64,000 nt of DNA from the NCBI GenBank assembly GCA_963716395.1, contig OY970309.1, forward strand, positions 3,232,001-3,296,000, read 5' to 3'. Position 1 is the stretch's first letter. Each line of letters begins with the position of its first letter. Shown here in pieces: positions 1 through 9,981 of this stretch. A model generated the notes under the pieces. It made no database searches. It was not told where the DNA came from and was given only the letters and a program-made list of their open reading frames with translations. Position numbers and translations under genes: made by a program. This stretch comes from an uncultured Fibrobacteria bacterium (GTDB taxonomy: Bacteria; Fibrobacterota; Fibrobacteria; UBA11236).

Positions 1-1
1 T

Positions 2-3000
2 TTCAGCAACGGCAAGGCCGGTACTCCCAAGCTCGACACCTTGATTGCGCCACCCGATACGACGCATCCCCAAAGTCAAAAGCTGCTGATGTGGCTGGCC
101 CCGCCCGACAGCGGGACCTCCTTGTTTCATACCGTTGAGGGCAAGACGCTTTCTTTCCGGGTTATGGCCAAGGATTCCAACACCAAAGACAGCACGACTT
201 TGCTGCAGATTCAGAATCTATTCCCCGCCGATTGCGGAGTCCCAAGCTATGACACCACCAGCGGAGCCTTCAGCTTCAAACCCGCCTTTGCCTGCGTGGA
301 TTCGGGAGGCGGTTCGGTAAGCGCCGCTCTCAAGTTCTTGGCCAAAGACCAAAGCCATCCCCCGGTTTACGACACCTTGAGCGTATCGGTTCAAGTGCTC
401 GACTTCAACAGCGCACCCAAGTGGAAAGTGGACACGGTCAGCCTTACCGGCAAACAGGGCAAAAACGTATCGCTGGCTCTCGACAGCCTGTATCTCGGCG
501 ATGCCGAAGGCGACTCGGTGGCTTTCACCGCCTCGCTGGGGGTCATGACGCAAAACCCGCTTGCCTGGAGCTTCACCCCCTCGTTCTCGGATTCGGGCAT
601 GAAAACCGTATCGCTCACAGCCGCCGATAACCATCACCCTCCGGCGTCATCTTCTTTGGCTCTTAAGCTCACCATCCAAGACTCGGTGCGCCCGTTTAAT
701 GTCATTATCACGTCGCCGCAAAACGGCTATGTGACGCGCGACAGTGTCATCGCCGTGCGTTGGAGTGTGAACGGCGCGGTGCAAACCACCAATACCACCG
801 AGCATTTGCTGGAAGGTCAAAACGGGGTGGTACGCAGCTACCATGACAACCTGACGAACGCGACGTATTCGGATTCCATCACGGTGACGCGCGACACGGT
901 GCCGCCGAACAAACCGGTGGTAAGCGCCGTGTCGCCGACCAACAACCCTACGCCCACCTGGGCTTGGAAAACGGGCGGAGGCGGCGACGGTTATTTTCGC
1001 CATCGGCTCGACACGGCTTCCTTCGTCGATACGGTGGGAACGAAAGATTCCTCGTTCACGCCGTCCACCAATCTGGTTGCCGGAACCCATGTTCTCTATG
1101 TGGAAGAGCGCGATGATGCCGGCAATTGGTCGGCTCTGTCCGCCGACTCGGTGCGTATCATCTTGACCGGCCCGGTGGTGGTCATCACTTCCCCAGCCAA
1201 CAATTACGTGACCCGGCAAGCCAGTGTGTCGGTAGCTTGGACGGTGAATGGCATGGCGCAGACGCCAGTGATTAAGAGCCTGGTGGAAGGGCCGAATGTG
1301 CTCAAGGTGACGGGTCAGGATTCGGCCGGGAATCAAGGTTCGGATTCGATTACGGTAACACGGGATACGGTCCCGCCCAATAAGCCGGTGGTGACGGGTC
1401 CGGGGCTGACCAATAGTTTGAAGCCGACGTGGACCTGGCATAGCGGCGGCGGCAACGGCAGCGGGTATTACCGGTTCAAGCTGGATGATACCACGGCATT
1501 CACCGACACCTTGGGATTAAACGACAGTTCCTATACGCCGACCGCGAATCTTTCCAACGGAACCCACACCTTGTATGTGCAGGAACGCGACGCCGTGGGT
1601 AACTGGTCGGTGACAGGCAGCGGCGCCGCCAACGTGGATACCACGCATCCGGCCATCGCCATCACCTCGCCGCCCAACAATTACGTGACCCGGCAAACGA
1701 GCGTGACAGTAAGCTGGACTTTGAGCAATGTGGCGCAGACGCCGGTGATTAAGAACCTGGTGGAAGGGGCGAACACCCTGACCGTGTCGGGAGCGGATTC
1801 AGCGGGGAACAGTGTTTCCGCTTCAATTACGGTCACACGGGATACGGTACCACCCAACAAACCCGTAGTCACGGGTCCGGGGCTGACCAATAATCTGAAG
1901 CCGACGTGGACTTGGCATAGCGGCGGGGACAGCGGCAACGGGTATTACCGCTATAGGTTGGACACCGCGACCTTTACGGACACCACGGGCCTGGCGGACA
2001 GTTCCTATACTCCCGGCACCAACCTCAAACAAGGCCGACATGTGCTTTTCGTCGAAGAACGCGACGTCGCCGGCAATTGGTCGGCCATGGACAGCAGCGG
2101 TATCGCGCAAATCGATACGACCAAACCAGTGGTGAAAATCACATCGCCTGCGAACGGTTCTTCGACCAACGGAGTTACTAATTCCATAGCTGTCGCTTGG
2201 ACGGTAAACGGCGTAGCACAATCTCAAAATGTCACCCAGGACCTGACCGGTCAATCCGGGTCGGTGAAAATAATTCGCAGCGCCACCGATAGCCTCGGTA
2301 ACTACGGTGCCGATTCCGTGATCATTACCGTAGATCGAAGCATGCCGAATGCTCCGATTTTTACCAGCGCACCGAGCAACCCGACCCGAAGCACCACGCC
2401 GGAATGGGATTGGAAATCCGGAGGCGGTGGCGGAAATGGATCCTATCAATACATATTGGATGGAGCGCCGGCAGTTAGCACTACCGCGCTGAAGTTCACG
2501 GCAACCAGCGTGACAACCAGCACCACCGGCACAAACCATACATTTCAGGTGCGCGAGCAGAATAGCGTTGGTACCTGGTCGAATTGGGCGGATTCACTGG
2601 TAGTGGTTAAATCGGCCCCCGCAGCCCCAACTGTGACCGTGAATGCCCCGTTGACAAAGACCCCGTCATGGTCATGGAATACAGTAGCTGGTGGCGATAA
2701 TACCTATCAGTACCAATTGAATACCGGTTCCACTAGCGGTTCCTTTATCCCCATCAACGGTACTTCTTTTTCCCCGACATCAACATTAGCGGATGGCTCC
2801 TATACAGTTTGTGTGGAGGCTCATGATGCATTAGGTTATGGCCCATCGGGATGTAGTTCTCAAACAATTGTCGATAATACAACACCCACTCTTACGATTA
2901 CTGGACCAACGGGTCCGGCAAGTGTGTTTTCAGGTTCTCCAAGTGTAACCGGCACTTTCTCAGAAGCGAATGGACTCAAGTCTGCAACATATTCTTTAAA

Positions 3001-3241
3001 TAATGCCAGCCCCCCGGTTTCTTTTGGTACTCTACCCAGCGGAACAAGTGGGAATTGGTCGATTAATCCTTCATGGAGCGACGGTGGTAAGAATACTTTG
3101 TCTGTGACCCTAACCGACAATGCGAACAATTCCACAACTCAAAATATCACGGTATATAAATATTCCAATGTGGTTTTTGTGCGTAAAGGAGCGCCGGGTT
3201 CCGGTGAAAGGAATTCATGGCAAAATGCATTCGGACAATGA
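2..3241 (+). CDS. Giant secreted/surface protein with tandem Ig-like (Big/FN3-type) repeats; 5'-truncated by the window edge
   Basis: Frame open from base 2. Thr/Ser/Gly/Val-rich with repeated 'ITSP.N.YVTR...W.VNG' and 'DTVPPNKPVV...PTWTW.SGGG' modules. Ends at 'NVVFVRKGAPGSGERNSWQNAF', the usual start of a pectin-lyase-like beta-helix domain, so the stop at 3241 looks premature. Confidence 0.8.
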   Translation, partial: FSNGKAGTPKLDTLIAPPDTTHPQSQKLLMWLAPPDSGTSLFHTVEGKTLSFRVMAKDSNTKDSTTLLQIQNLFPADCGVPSYDTTSGAFSFKPAFACVDSGGGSVSAALKFLAKDQSHPPVYDTLSVSVQVLDFNSAPKWKVDTVSLTGKQGKNVSLALDSLYLGDAEGDSVAFTASLGVMTQNPLAWSFTPSFSDSGMKTVSLTAADNHHPPASSSLALKLTIQDSVRPFNVIITSPQNGYVTRDSVIAVRWSVNGAVQTTNTTEHLLEGQNGVVRSYHDNLTNATYSDSITVTRDTVPPNKPVVSAVSPTNNPTPTWAWKTGGGGDGYFRHRLDTASFVDTVGTKDSSFTPSTNLVAGTHVLYVEERDDAGNWSALSADSVRIILTGPVVVITSPANNYVTRQASVSVAWTVNGMAQTPVIKSLVEGPNVLKVTGQDSAGNQGSDSITVTRDTVPPNKPVVTGPGLTNSLKPTWTWHSGGGNGSGYYRFKLDDTTAFTDTLGLNDSSYTPTANLSNGTHTLYVQERDAVGNWSVTGSGAANVDTTHPAIAITSPPNNYVTRQTSVTVSWTLSNVAQTPVIKNLVEGANTLTVSGADSAGNSVSASITVTRDTVPPNKPVVTGPGLTNNLKPTWTWHSGGDSGNGYYRYRLDTATFTDTTGLADSSYTPGTNLKQGRHVLFVEERDVAGNWSAMDSSGIAQIDTTKPVVKITSPANGSSTNGVTNSIAVAWTVNGVAQSQNVTQDLTGQSGSVKIIRSATDSLGNYGADSVIITVDRSMPNAPIFTSAPSNPTRSTTPEWDWKSGGGGGNGSYQYILDGAPAVSTTALKFTATSVTTSTTGTNHTFQVREQNSVGTWSNWADSLVVVKSAPAAPTVTVNAPLTKTPSWSWNTVAGGDNTYQYQLNTGSTSGSFIPINGTSFSPTSTLADGSYTVCVEAHDALGYGPSGCSSQTIVDNTTPTLTITGPTGPASVFSGSPSVTGTFSEANGLKSATYSLNNASPPVSFGTLPSGTSGNWSINPSWSDGGKNTLSVTLTDNANNSTTQNITVYKYSNVVFVRKGAPGSGERNSWQNAFGQ
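700..2610 (+). repeat. About four intragenic tandem repeats of ~160 aa (~480 bp)
   Basis: caattacgtgacccggcaa occurs at 1201 and 1678 (477 bp apart). The peptide DTVPPNKPVV occurs three times and a fourth unit is more diverged. Confidence 0.85.
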
Positions 3242-3959
3242 CCCACGGCACTTGAAAGCCAAGGGCAAGTATGTCCGGGTTGCAAGTATTGGATAGGCTG
3301 TGGGCACCTACATCGCAGGTTCCGCGAATGGATTTGGAATAAGCACTTCTGCCCAACTATTCGGAGGATTTAGAGTGGAGGTTTGGGCACCGCAGATCAC
3401 GCAGAAAGTGCGAGTCTCATATCCCTACAATTTGACAGGGATATAATTAAGTTCACCAATAATGACGTCTACGTTTCTCGGGAACATTCGGCATACGATG
3501 GTTTTACACTGGTCTAATATCGAGGACCAATGGTTAAAATAGTTGGTAATTAACGACAACAACTGTTAATTGCACGTTAGCAAAATTGTAACATTACCCA
3601 ACTGAAGCGGCGCGAACTCCGCTCATATTATGGCTCGGGAACGATATTTGAAGTTCGTAATTTCTAATATTACAGGAAATATAAATGTGTCGTATGGGGC
3701 GATGGAATACAAGTGGTCACGAATAACAATTTCACATACTCAGATTGAAAACAATCAAACTCAAAATGGTGGAGGAATTAACATTGATGGTGGTGGAACA
3801 ACTTCACTTTATTTGAGCAATGTTGTGTTAACCGGGAATACTTACTGGGATGGAAACCAATATTCTCCTCGACAAATTGGATTATTTACTGTCCCCATGA
3901 CACTTAGTTATGAAACAACCTGTACAATCCAAGATGTCGGGAATACTGAGTATATTTAA
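3242..3959 (+). pseudogene. Frameshifted, AT-rich continuation (beta-helix tip) of the Ig-repeat protein
   Basis: Broken 'W...VGTY'-like text near 3290-3311 and an ORF piece at 3630-3959 with 'NN...NGGGINIDGGG...NVVLTGN' beta-helix/PMP-type repeats. Dense indels suggest either a consensus error or decay. Confidence 0.6.
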
Positions 3960-4059
3960 TCCATTTGTTGATATAATCAATGCGCTTCAATAAAAATTTT
4001 CAGAGAATTTATTCCTGCCCAAAACAAATATCGATTTTGGTGCATAATTTGAGTGGAAA

Positions 4060-4195
4060 TTTTTATCCCTTAGTCGCACCCTCCTTAGGAGATTGCGGCC
4101 TTGAAAAACGGCTATACTCCGCAAGGCAACGGGAAATTACGGGATCGAAGCTCATACAGTCAGGCCAAGTCGACATGGGCGCTTACGAGCCATAA
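4060..4195 (+). pseudogene. Orphan C-terminal fragment with choice-of-anchor-Q-like motif
   Basis: Reads ...IQSGQVDMGAYEP*, matching the D(I/M)GAYE terminus typical of beta-helix surface proteins; there is no credible start. Confidence 0.5.
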
Positions 4196-4201
4196 CCCCC
4201 C

Positions 4202-6799
4202 ATGCCTAATCCCGCCCCCACCCCCGTTGACACCTTACCCTATCCGGCGCCTTGCTGCCGGGATTGCCAATGGAAACCCTGCCGTTACCTGGGTGGCAGC
4301 CCGCGCATACGGGGCTTTCACTACCTCGGCCCCTGGCCCAGGCTGCCGAAGGATTGCCCGGCCTGGCTGAAAAACCAGACACATCTGGATCTCGAAAAGG
4401 TTTTGCAACGGCTGAACCGCAACGAGTTGGAAGAGCTTTACCGCACCGGACCTCCCCGCGTCACGGGATATCCGCTCCGCCCCGAAGATTCTCCCCTTCA
4501 CCTTCTCGCCCACGAAATTCCCCATCACCGGGAATCGTGGCTGGTGGTCGCGCCCGGCTCGCATCTCGACCATGCCGTGCATGCCCTGTACTGGGCCTAT
4601 ACGCGCGCCTTGGCCCGCGCCAACCCTAAAAGGAAAAAGGTCGAGGATGTAGATGCAGCGGCGGCGCAAAGCAAGGAGGCAGAACCGGCGCTTTTGAACC
4701 CCGGTTTTGTAAGCATCGAGGATGAGAAAAAACCCGGCAGTCCCGAAACCACCATCACCGAGGCTGACATCGGAGAGGTGGTGCATCTCAAAGTGGATAC
4801 CCAAGGCTTGCAACCCGCCGATAACATATTGTTCCAGATATTCCTCAAGGGTGAGAACGGGCAGGCGGATGTTTTCATTGAAAACGTATTCGGCAACGCC
4901 GGTAAAACCAAATACGGAAGCGATTGGACCACGCGCGAAGATGACGCCGCCGCGGTGCATTACCATATCGGCGACGGTCATGCGGAAAGAAAATACCGGC
5001 CGGGAAAAGACACCCTCTACTTCATCGCCAAGGTAAAGTCAAAAGGGCTGGAGCAGAGAAGCGGTGCGCTGCAACTGACGAAGACCGAAGAAGCGATTCT
5101 GTATTATTGGCCCGGCGATGCGGATAATGAAGGTGAATATCTCCTGTTGGAAAAAAGCGATGACATCGACGACGTGATGACCGAAGCCGGAACCATGAAT
5201 TCAACTCGTGAAAAACTGATGGAAGCGCGTGCGGCTGCCGGCGTCGATGCCAAGGAAAAAGCCGACAAGGTTTCGGATGCGGCCGAAAAGATGGACTCTT
5301 TGTTGAACGAAGCCGCGCCCGATCCCGAAAAAGCCTTGCTGGAACTTTATCTGGTCAAAAAGGGTGCGCGAAAAGAAAAAAGTCTGAAAAGTCTGATTTA
5401 TATCCGTTCCCATCTCCGTAACGGCAAGCAAGCCCGAGGCCATTGGGCCAAAGAGCGCGACGCCACGGTGCGCAAGCAATTGGAGAAAGCCAAAAAAGAT
5501 GAGGACAAGCGTGTTTCTCAGGAATTTAAGGTCAAGCTTTGGGATTGGCATAAGGAAGAATCGGGATCCTGGTTACCGCACTGGAAATTTGCGCAGAAAA
5601 CCTTTTCATCGGAAAAACCGGCCCAGCCCGGCGAGCGGTTTTCCGGTGCGGCGGAAGCGCAATTCGCACGGTTTTATGCGGGCGCAAAAAGTTCCGCGGA
5701 TTTTGATCTGAAAGACGCCAAGGTCGATTTCGGCGGTTCCGCCGAAGTTTCGGTGTCTTTGGTGCAAGGCAAGGCCAAAGGCACCTGGCAATTACCCAAT
5801 GATCACGGCATCAATCTTTTTCCCAAATTCACCGGAACCGATAAAGCTGAAGCCGCAGCCGTGGGCAAGGAATTGCGACTGCGACTGGCGGTATCTTTGC
5901 AGGCCTATGGGTTCGTGGGAGTCTCGGCTTCAGCGGCCTTGCATTTTCCCAACTTGGATTTGGGCGGCAAAAAAGCCCCGCCTTTGCGTAAGCCTGCTTC
6001 CGATCCAAGCGGGAAATTCGACGCCAATGTTTCCGGCGACGGCCAAGCCTTTGCGGGGGCCTCAGCCGGCGGCGGCGTAGAACTGGATTTGCAATGGGGC
6101 AAAACCGCCCAGTTTTTCGACAGCCTCGGCGATATGGAATTTACCGCGGATGCCTGTTTTGGAGCGGGCGGTGCAATCGGATTTATGATCGGATTCAAAG
6201 ACGGCAAATTTCATATTGAAATGAAGGCTGGTTTGGTGACGGGGCTTGGTGCCAAGGGATTCGTGAACGTGGCCGTGAGTGCCGAAGAAATGCTGAAGAT
6301 ATTGGGCTATTGTTTTAAAAACGTAAATCACCATTATCTCGACAATGTGCAACCCGATGCCTTTGATAATTATGTGGCTTATGGGTTCTGGCTGGCGGTG
6401 AAATACGTTCCGGAATTGCGGGAGTCGTTCGAAGTGTTTACCGGAGCCTCGGCCTTCACCAATTGGCTGGAAACCACGGGAAGCAAAATTTTTGGTAAAA
6501 GCATAAATAAAGATCAGCTGCTTGAATCCCTGCTTCAAAACGACAAGGCACTGCATCAATGTGCACCGCAAACCCTGGGTCAGATTTTGCGGACCATTAT
6601 GGTGAGCCATGAGGATGGGGACGAAGACAAAATCATCCACGTGTTTTCTATTCCAGAATCGGATCATGAATTCAAATGGACGATTCGCTGGGCTTCGGGG
6701 TTGAAAGAGTTGGATCAAGCGGTGCGCATTAACAAACACGTGAGCGATGATTTGAAGAAGAGATCATTGGAAGCGGGGATGGCAAAACTGAAACATTAG
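4202..6799 (+). CDS. Putative polymorphic toxin/effector: Cys-rich N-terminus, Ig-like middle, Gly/Ala-rich membrane-active-like region, variable helical tail
   Basis: 865-aa ORF with Gly/Ala-rich segments (AFAGASAGGG, CFGAGGAIGFMIG, GLVTGLGAKG). Its 3' part is duplicated downstream with alternative tails, each followed by an immunity-like gene. The true stop is probably near 6875 by comparison with 12576-12695. Confidence 0.65.
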   Translation: MPNPAPTPVDTLPYPAPCCRDCQWKPCRYLGGSPRIRGFHYLGPWPRLPKDCPAWLKNQTHLDLEKVLQRLNRNELEELYRTGPPRVTGYPLRPEDSPLHLLAHEIPHHRESWLVVAPGSHLDHAVHALYWAYTRALARANPKRKKVEDVDAAAAQSKEAEPALLNPGFVSIEDEKKPGSPETTITEADIGEVVHLKVDTQGLQPADNILFQIFLKGENGQADVFIENVFGNAGKTKYGSDWTTREDDAAAVHYHIGDGHAERKYRPGKDTLYFIAKVKSKGLEQRSGALQLTKTEEAILYYWPGDADNEGEYLLLEKSDDIDDVMTEAGTMNSTREKLMEARAAAGVDAKEKADKVSDAAEKMDSLLNEAAPDPEKALLELYLVKKGARKEKSLKSLIYIRSHLRNGKQARGHWAKERDATVRKQLEKAKKDEDKRVSQEFKVKLWDWHKEESGSWLPHWKFAQKTFSSEKPAQPGERFSGAAEAQFARFYAGAKSSADFDLKDAKVDFGGSAEVSVSLVQGKAKGTWQLPNDHGINLFPKFTGTDKAEAAAVGKELRLRLAVSLQAYGFVGVSASAALHFPNLDLGGKKAPPLRKPASDPSGKFDANVSGDGQAFAGASAGGGVELDLQWGKTAQFFDSLGDMEFTADACFGAGGAIGFMIGFKDGKFHIEMKAGLVTGLGAKGFVNVAVSAEEMLKILGYCFKNVNHHYLDNVQPDAFDNYVAYGFWLAVKYVPELRESFEVFTGASAFTNWLETTGSKIFGKSINKDQLLESLLQNDKALHQCAPQTLGQILRTIMVSHEDGDEDKIIHVFSIPESDHEFKWTIRWASGLKELDQAVRINKHVSDDLKKRSLEAGMAKLKH

Positions 6800-6870
6800 A
6801 TCTTCGGAACAAGCAGAAAATATCCTCTGGAAATTTAAAAGACTTTTTGAGCAATAATGAGAATCTTTTA

Positions 6871-7701
6871 ATGATGATTTAACATGATTATAGCGATATA
6901 TTTTATATTGTATCTCAATGTGAATGAAACGGAAACTTGCTCAGAAGACAGTAAAAGAAGGTTTAGATAGCTTTTCTTCTTATGTCTGTCAAACAGCATT
7001 AATCTTAATGATGGGTCAGCACATTGGTTAAACCAAATATTTGATGACCAAGAAAGTGAATCGTATACGACATGGGATTTCAAAAGATTGGTATCAAAAT
7101 GGCGATTAAAATTGGAGCAATAATAGAAATACGTGACTCGGGTGTCACGATCGATACTGTTTTCGGTTTTCTATTCAATAATGACATTCAATGATAGAAC
7201 ATTACACCAAAACGCCTGTCAAAGGAAAATGGCCTAAGCCAACGCTTCGATTCAACCGGCGGATTGCTTTTTGAGGGCGAATTCAAAGACGGTGATCAAA
7301 TTGGGTTGCAAAAGGAATTCTGGCGCAAAGGCGTATTGAAAGATGAATCGTTTTACAACGATTCCCAAACTCGGGTGGATTGGGAAAAATCGTGGTATAT
7401 CAGCGGAAAATTAAGGCGAGATATGAAAATTAGTGGCGAGATAAAAGAAATCAAAAATTACGCCCCGAACGGAAAACTGGTTCAGCACACCCACGCCAAA
7501 GCGGCAGATGGGAATCTGATTACTGGCGAAAGTTTCGATCCCGACGGAAAACCCACGGGCAAGGTGACGCAGGGCAACGGCTCGCTGACCACCATTGGTT
7601 TCAACGATTCGACCCTGGTCATGTATTCGAAGTACAGCTATAACTACAAAGACGGGTGGCCGGGGAAGATGAAACAACTATTCCCGCCGCCGCCGAAATG
7701 A
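6871..7701 (+). pseudogene. MORN-repeat (YwqK-like) immunity gene copy 1; 5' half frameshifted
   Basis: Intact 3' half (7264-7701) ends QLFPPPPK. The 5' half aligns by eye to 12692-13030 with many indels. Confidence 0.75.
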
Positions 7702-8438
7702 ATTCGCCGGATGCCTGTTTTGGAGCGGGCGGTGCAATCGGATTTATGATCGGATTCAAAGACGGCAAATTTCATATTGAAATGAAGGCTGGTTTGGTGA
7801 CGGGGCTTGGTGCCAAGGGATTCGTGAACGTGGCCGTGAGTGCCGAAGAAATGCTGAAGATATTGGGCTATTGTTTTAAAAACGTAAATCACCATTATCT
7901 CGACAATGTGCAACCCGATGCCTTTGATAATTATGTGGCTTATGGGTTCTGGCTGGCGGTGAAATACGTTCCGGAATTGCGGGAGTCGTTCGAAGTGTTT
8001 ACCGGAGCCTCGGCCTTCACCAATTGGCTGGAAACCACGGGAAGCAAAATTTTTGGTAAAAGCATAAATAAAGATCAGCTGCTTGAATCCCTGCTTCAAA
8101 ACGATAAGGCGCTGCATCAATGTGCACCGCAAACCCTGGGTCAAATTTTGCGGACCATTATGACTCAATATGAGAAAGGTGACGAAAATCAAATATTACA
8201 TGTATTATCAATTCCCGAATCCGCGCATGAATTCAAATGGACGATTCGCTGGGCTTCGGGTATGAAAGAGTTGGATCAAGCAGTGCGCATTAAAAGGCAT
8301 GTCGGTGACGATTTGAAAAATAAATCTTTGAAAATAGGTACTAAAGCATTACAAGATTTTGGAAAAGAATCCGAAAATTCGGAAACCTTTACGGATAGCT
8401 TGATCGATCTTTATCGTAATTGGAAGCTTTCTCTATGA
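7698..8438 (+). CDS. Orphan toxin C-terminal cassette 2 (alternative tail)
   Basis: Identical protein to the main toxin from DACFGAGG to ILRTIM, then a diverged tail ending IDLYRNWKLSL. The in-frame ATG at 7698 overlaps the upstream stop (ATGA). Confidence 0.75.
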   Translation: MNSPDACFGAGGAIGFMIGFKDGKFHIEMKAGLVTGLGAKGFVNVAVSAEEMLKILGYCFKNVNHHYLDNVQPDAFDNYVAYGFWLAVKYVPELRESFEVFTGASAFTNWLETTGSKIFGKSINKDQLLESLLQNDKALHQCAPQTLGQILRTIMTQYEKGDENQILHVLSIPESAHEFKWTIRWASGMKELDQAVRIKRHVGDDLKNKSLKIGTKALQDFGKESENSETFTDSLIDLYRNWKLSL

Positions 8439-9229
8439 TGAAAATCGCTCTCCCATTTTTGGCATTAACAACCACATTAATTGCTTCGGAAATATGCCGC
8501 GACAGTACAAAAATTGATAGTCTTTTCCGGATATGTATGAGAATTGATTCTCAAGATGGGTCCAAATATGTCGGCCATTACTTTGTTACTAAAAACCGTA
8601 AAATGTTACGAAATGGACTTTCGCAAGCTTGGTATAAAAGCGGACAATTAAAAGGGCGAGTATATTATCACTTCGGCTGCCCAACTGATACGGATTTCAG
8701 ATTTTATCCGGATGGAAAAATAGAGGAAATTACTCCGTATGTTTCTTGTAAAAGTCAAGGGATTTCCCAAAGCTTCGATTCAACCGGCGGATTGCTTTTT
8801 GAGGGCGAATTCAAAGACGGGAAAAAAGTCGGCTTGCAAAAAGAATTCTGGCGTAAAGGCGTACCCAAACATGAAATGTTTTATGATAGCTCAACTTTTA
8901 AGGCTAACGAGGAAAAGTCCTGGTACATCGACGGCAAATTGAGCGAAGAAATAAGCATCGAAAACGGCATCGAAGAGACAAGAGATTACGCCCCGAACGG
9001 AAAACTGGTTCAGCACACCCACGCCAAAGCGGCAGATGGGAATCTGATTACTGGCGAAAGTTTCGATCCCGACGGAAAACCCACGGGCAAGGTGACGCAG
9101 GGCAACGGCTCGCTGACCACCATTGGTTTCAACGATTCGACCCTGGTCATGTATTCGAAGTACAGCTATAACTACAAAGACGGGTGGCCGGGGAAGATGA
9201 AACAACTATTCCCGCCGCCGCCGAAATGA
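8435..9229 (+). CDS. MORN-repeat (YwqK-like) putative immunity protein copy 2, with signal peptide
   Basis: MMKIALPFLALTTTLIAS signal-like start. Repeats WYKSGQLK, FYPDGKIE, FDSTGGLL, WYIDGKLS and YAPNGKLV. ATGA overlap with the cassette stop. Confidence 0.8.
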   Translation: MMKIALPFLALTTTLIASEICRDSTKIDSLFRICMRIDSQDGSKYVGHYFVTKNRKMLRNGLSQAWYKSGQLKGRVYYHFGCPTDTDFRFYPDGKIEEITPYVSCKSQGISQSFDSTGGLLFEGEFKDGKKVGLQKEFWRKGVPKHEMFYDSSTFKANEEKSWYIDGKLSEEISIENGIEETRDYAPNGKLVQHTHAKAADGNLITGESFDPDGKPTGKVTQGNGSLTTIGFNDSTLVMYSKYSYNYKDGWPGKMKQLFPPPPK

Positions 9230-9981
9230 ATTCGCCGGATGCCTGTTTTGGAGCGGGCGGTGCAATCGGATTTATGATCGGATTCAAAGACGGCAAATTT
9301 CATATTGAAATGAAGGCTGGTTTGGTGACGGGGCTTGGTGCCAAGGGATTCGTGAACGTGGCCGCGAGTGCCGAAGAAATGCTGAAGATATTGGGCTATT
9401 GTTTTAAAAACGTAAATCACCATTATCTCGACAATGTGCAACCCGATGCCTTTGATAATTATGTGGCTTATGGGTTCTGGCTGGCGGTGAAATACGTTCC
9501 GGAATTGCGGGAGTCGTTCGAAGTGTTTACCGGAGCCTCGGCCTTCACCAATTGGCTGGAAACCACGGGAAGCAAAATTTTTGGGAATAACGCATACGAA
9601 AAAGGATTTAGCTGCTGGAATCTCTGCTCCAAAACGACAAGGCACTGCATCAATGTGCACCGCAAACCCTGGGTCAGATTTTGCGGACCATTATGACTCA
9701 ATATGAGAAAGGTGACGAAAATAAAATATTACATGTATTATCAATTCCCGAATCCGCGCATGAATTCAAATGGACGATTCGCTGGGCTTCGGGTATGAAA
9801 GAGTTGGATCAAGCAGTGCGCATTAACAGACATGTCGAGTGATGATTTGAAGAAGTAGATCATTAGAAAATAGGTAGCTAAAGCGATTACAAGGATTTAG
9901 CGATAAAGAATACGAAAATTCGGAAATCATTACGGATAGTTTGATGGATCGATTATCGTAATATGGAAGCTTTCACTATGA
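9226..9981 (+). pseudogene. Orphan toxin C-terminal cassette 3; frameshifted after ~9585
   Basis: Third copy of the DACFGAGG block. The tail text is a blend of the copy 1 and copy 2 tails with indels. Confidence 0.75.
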
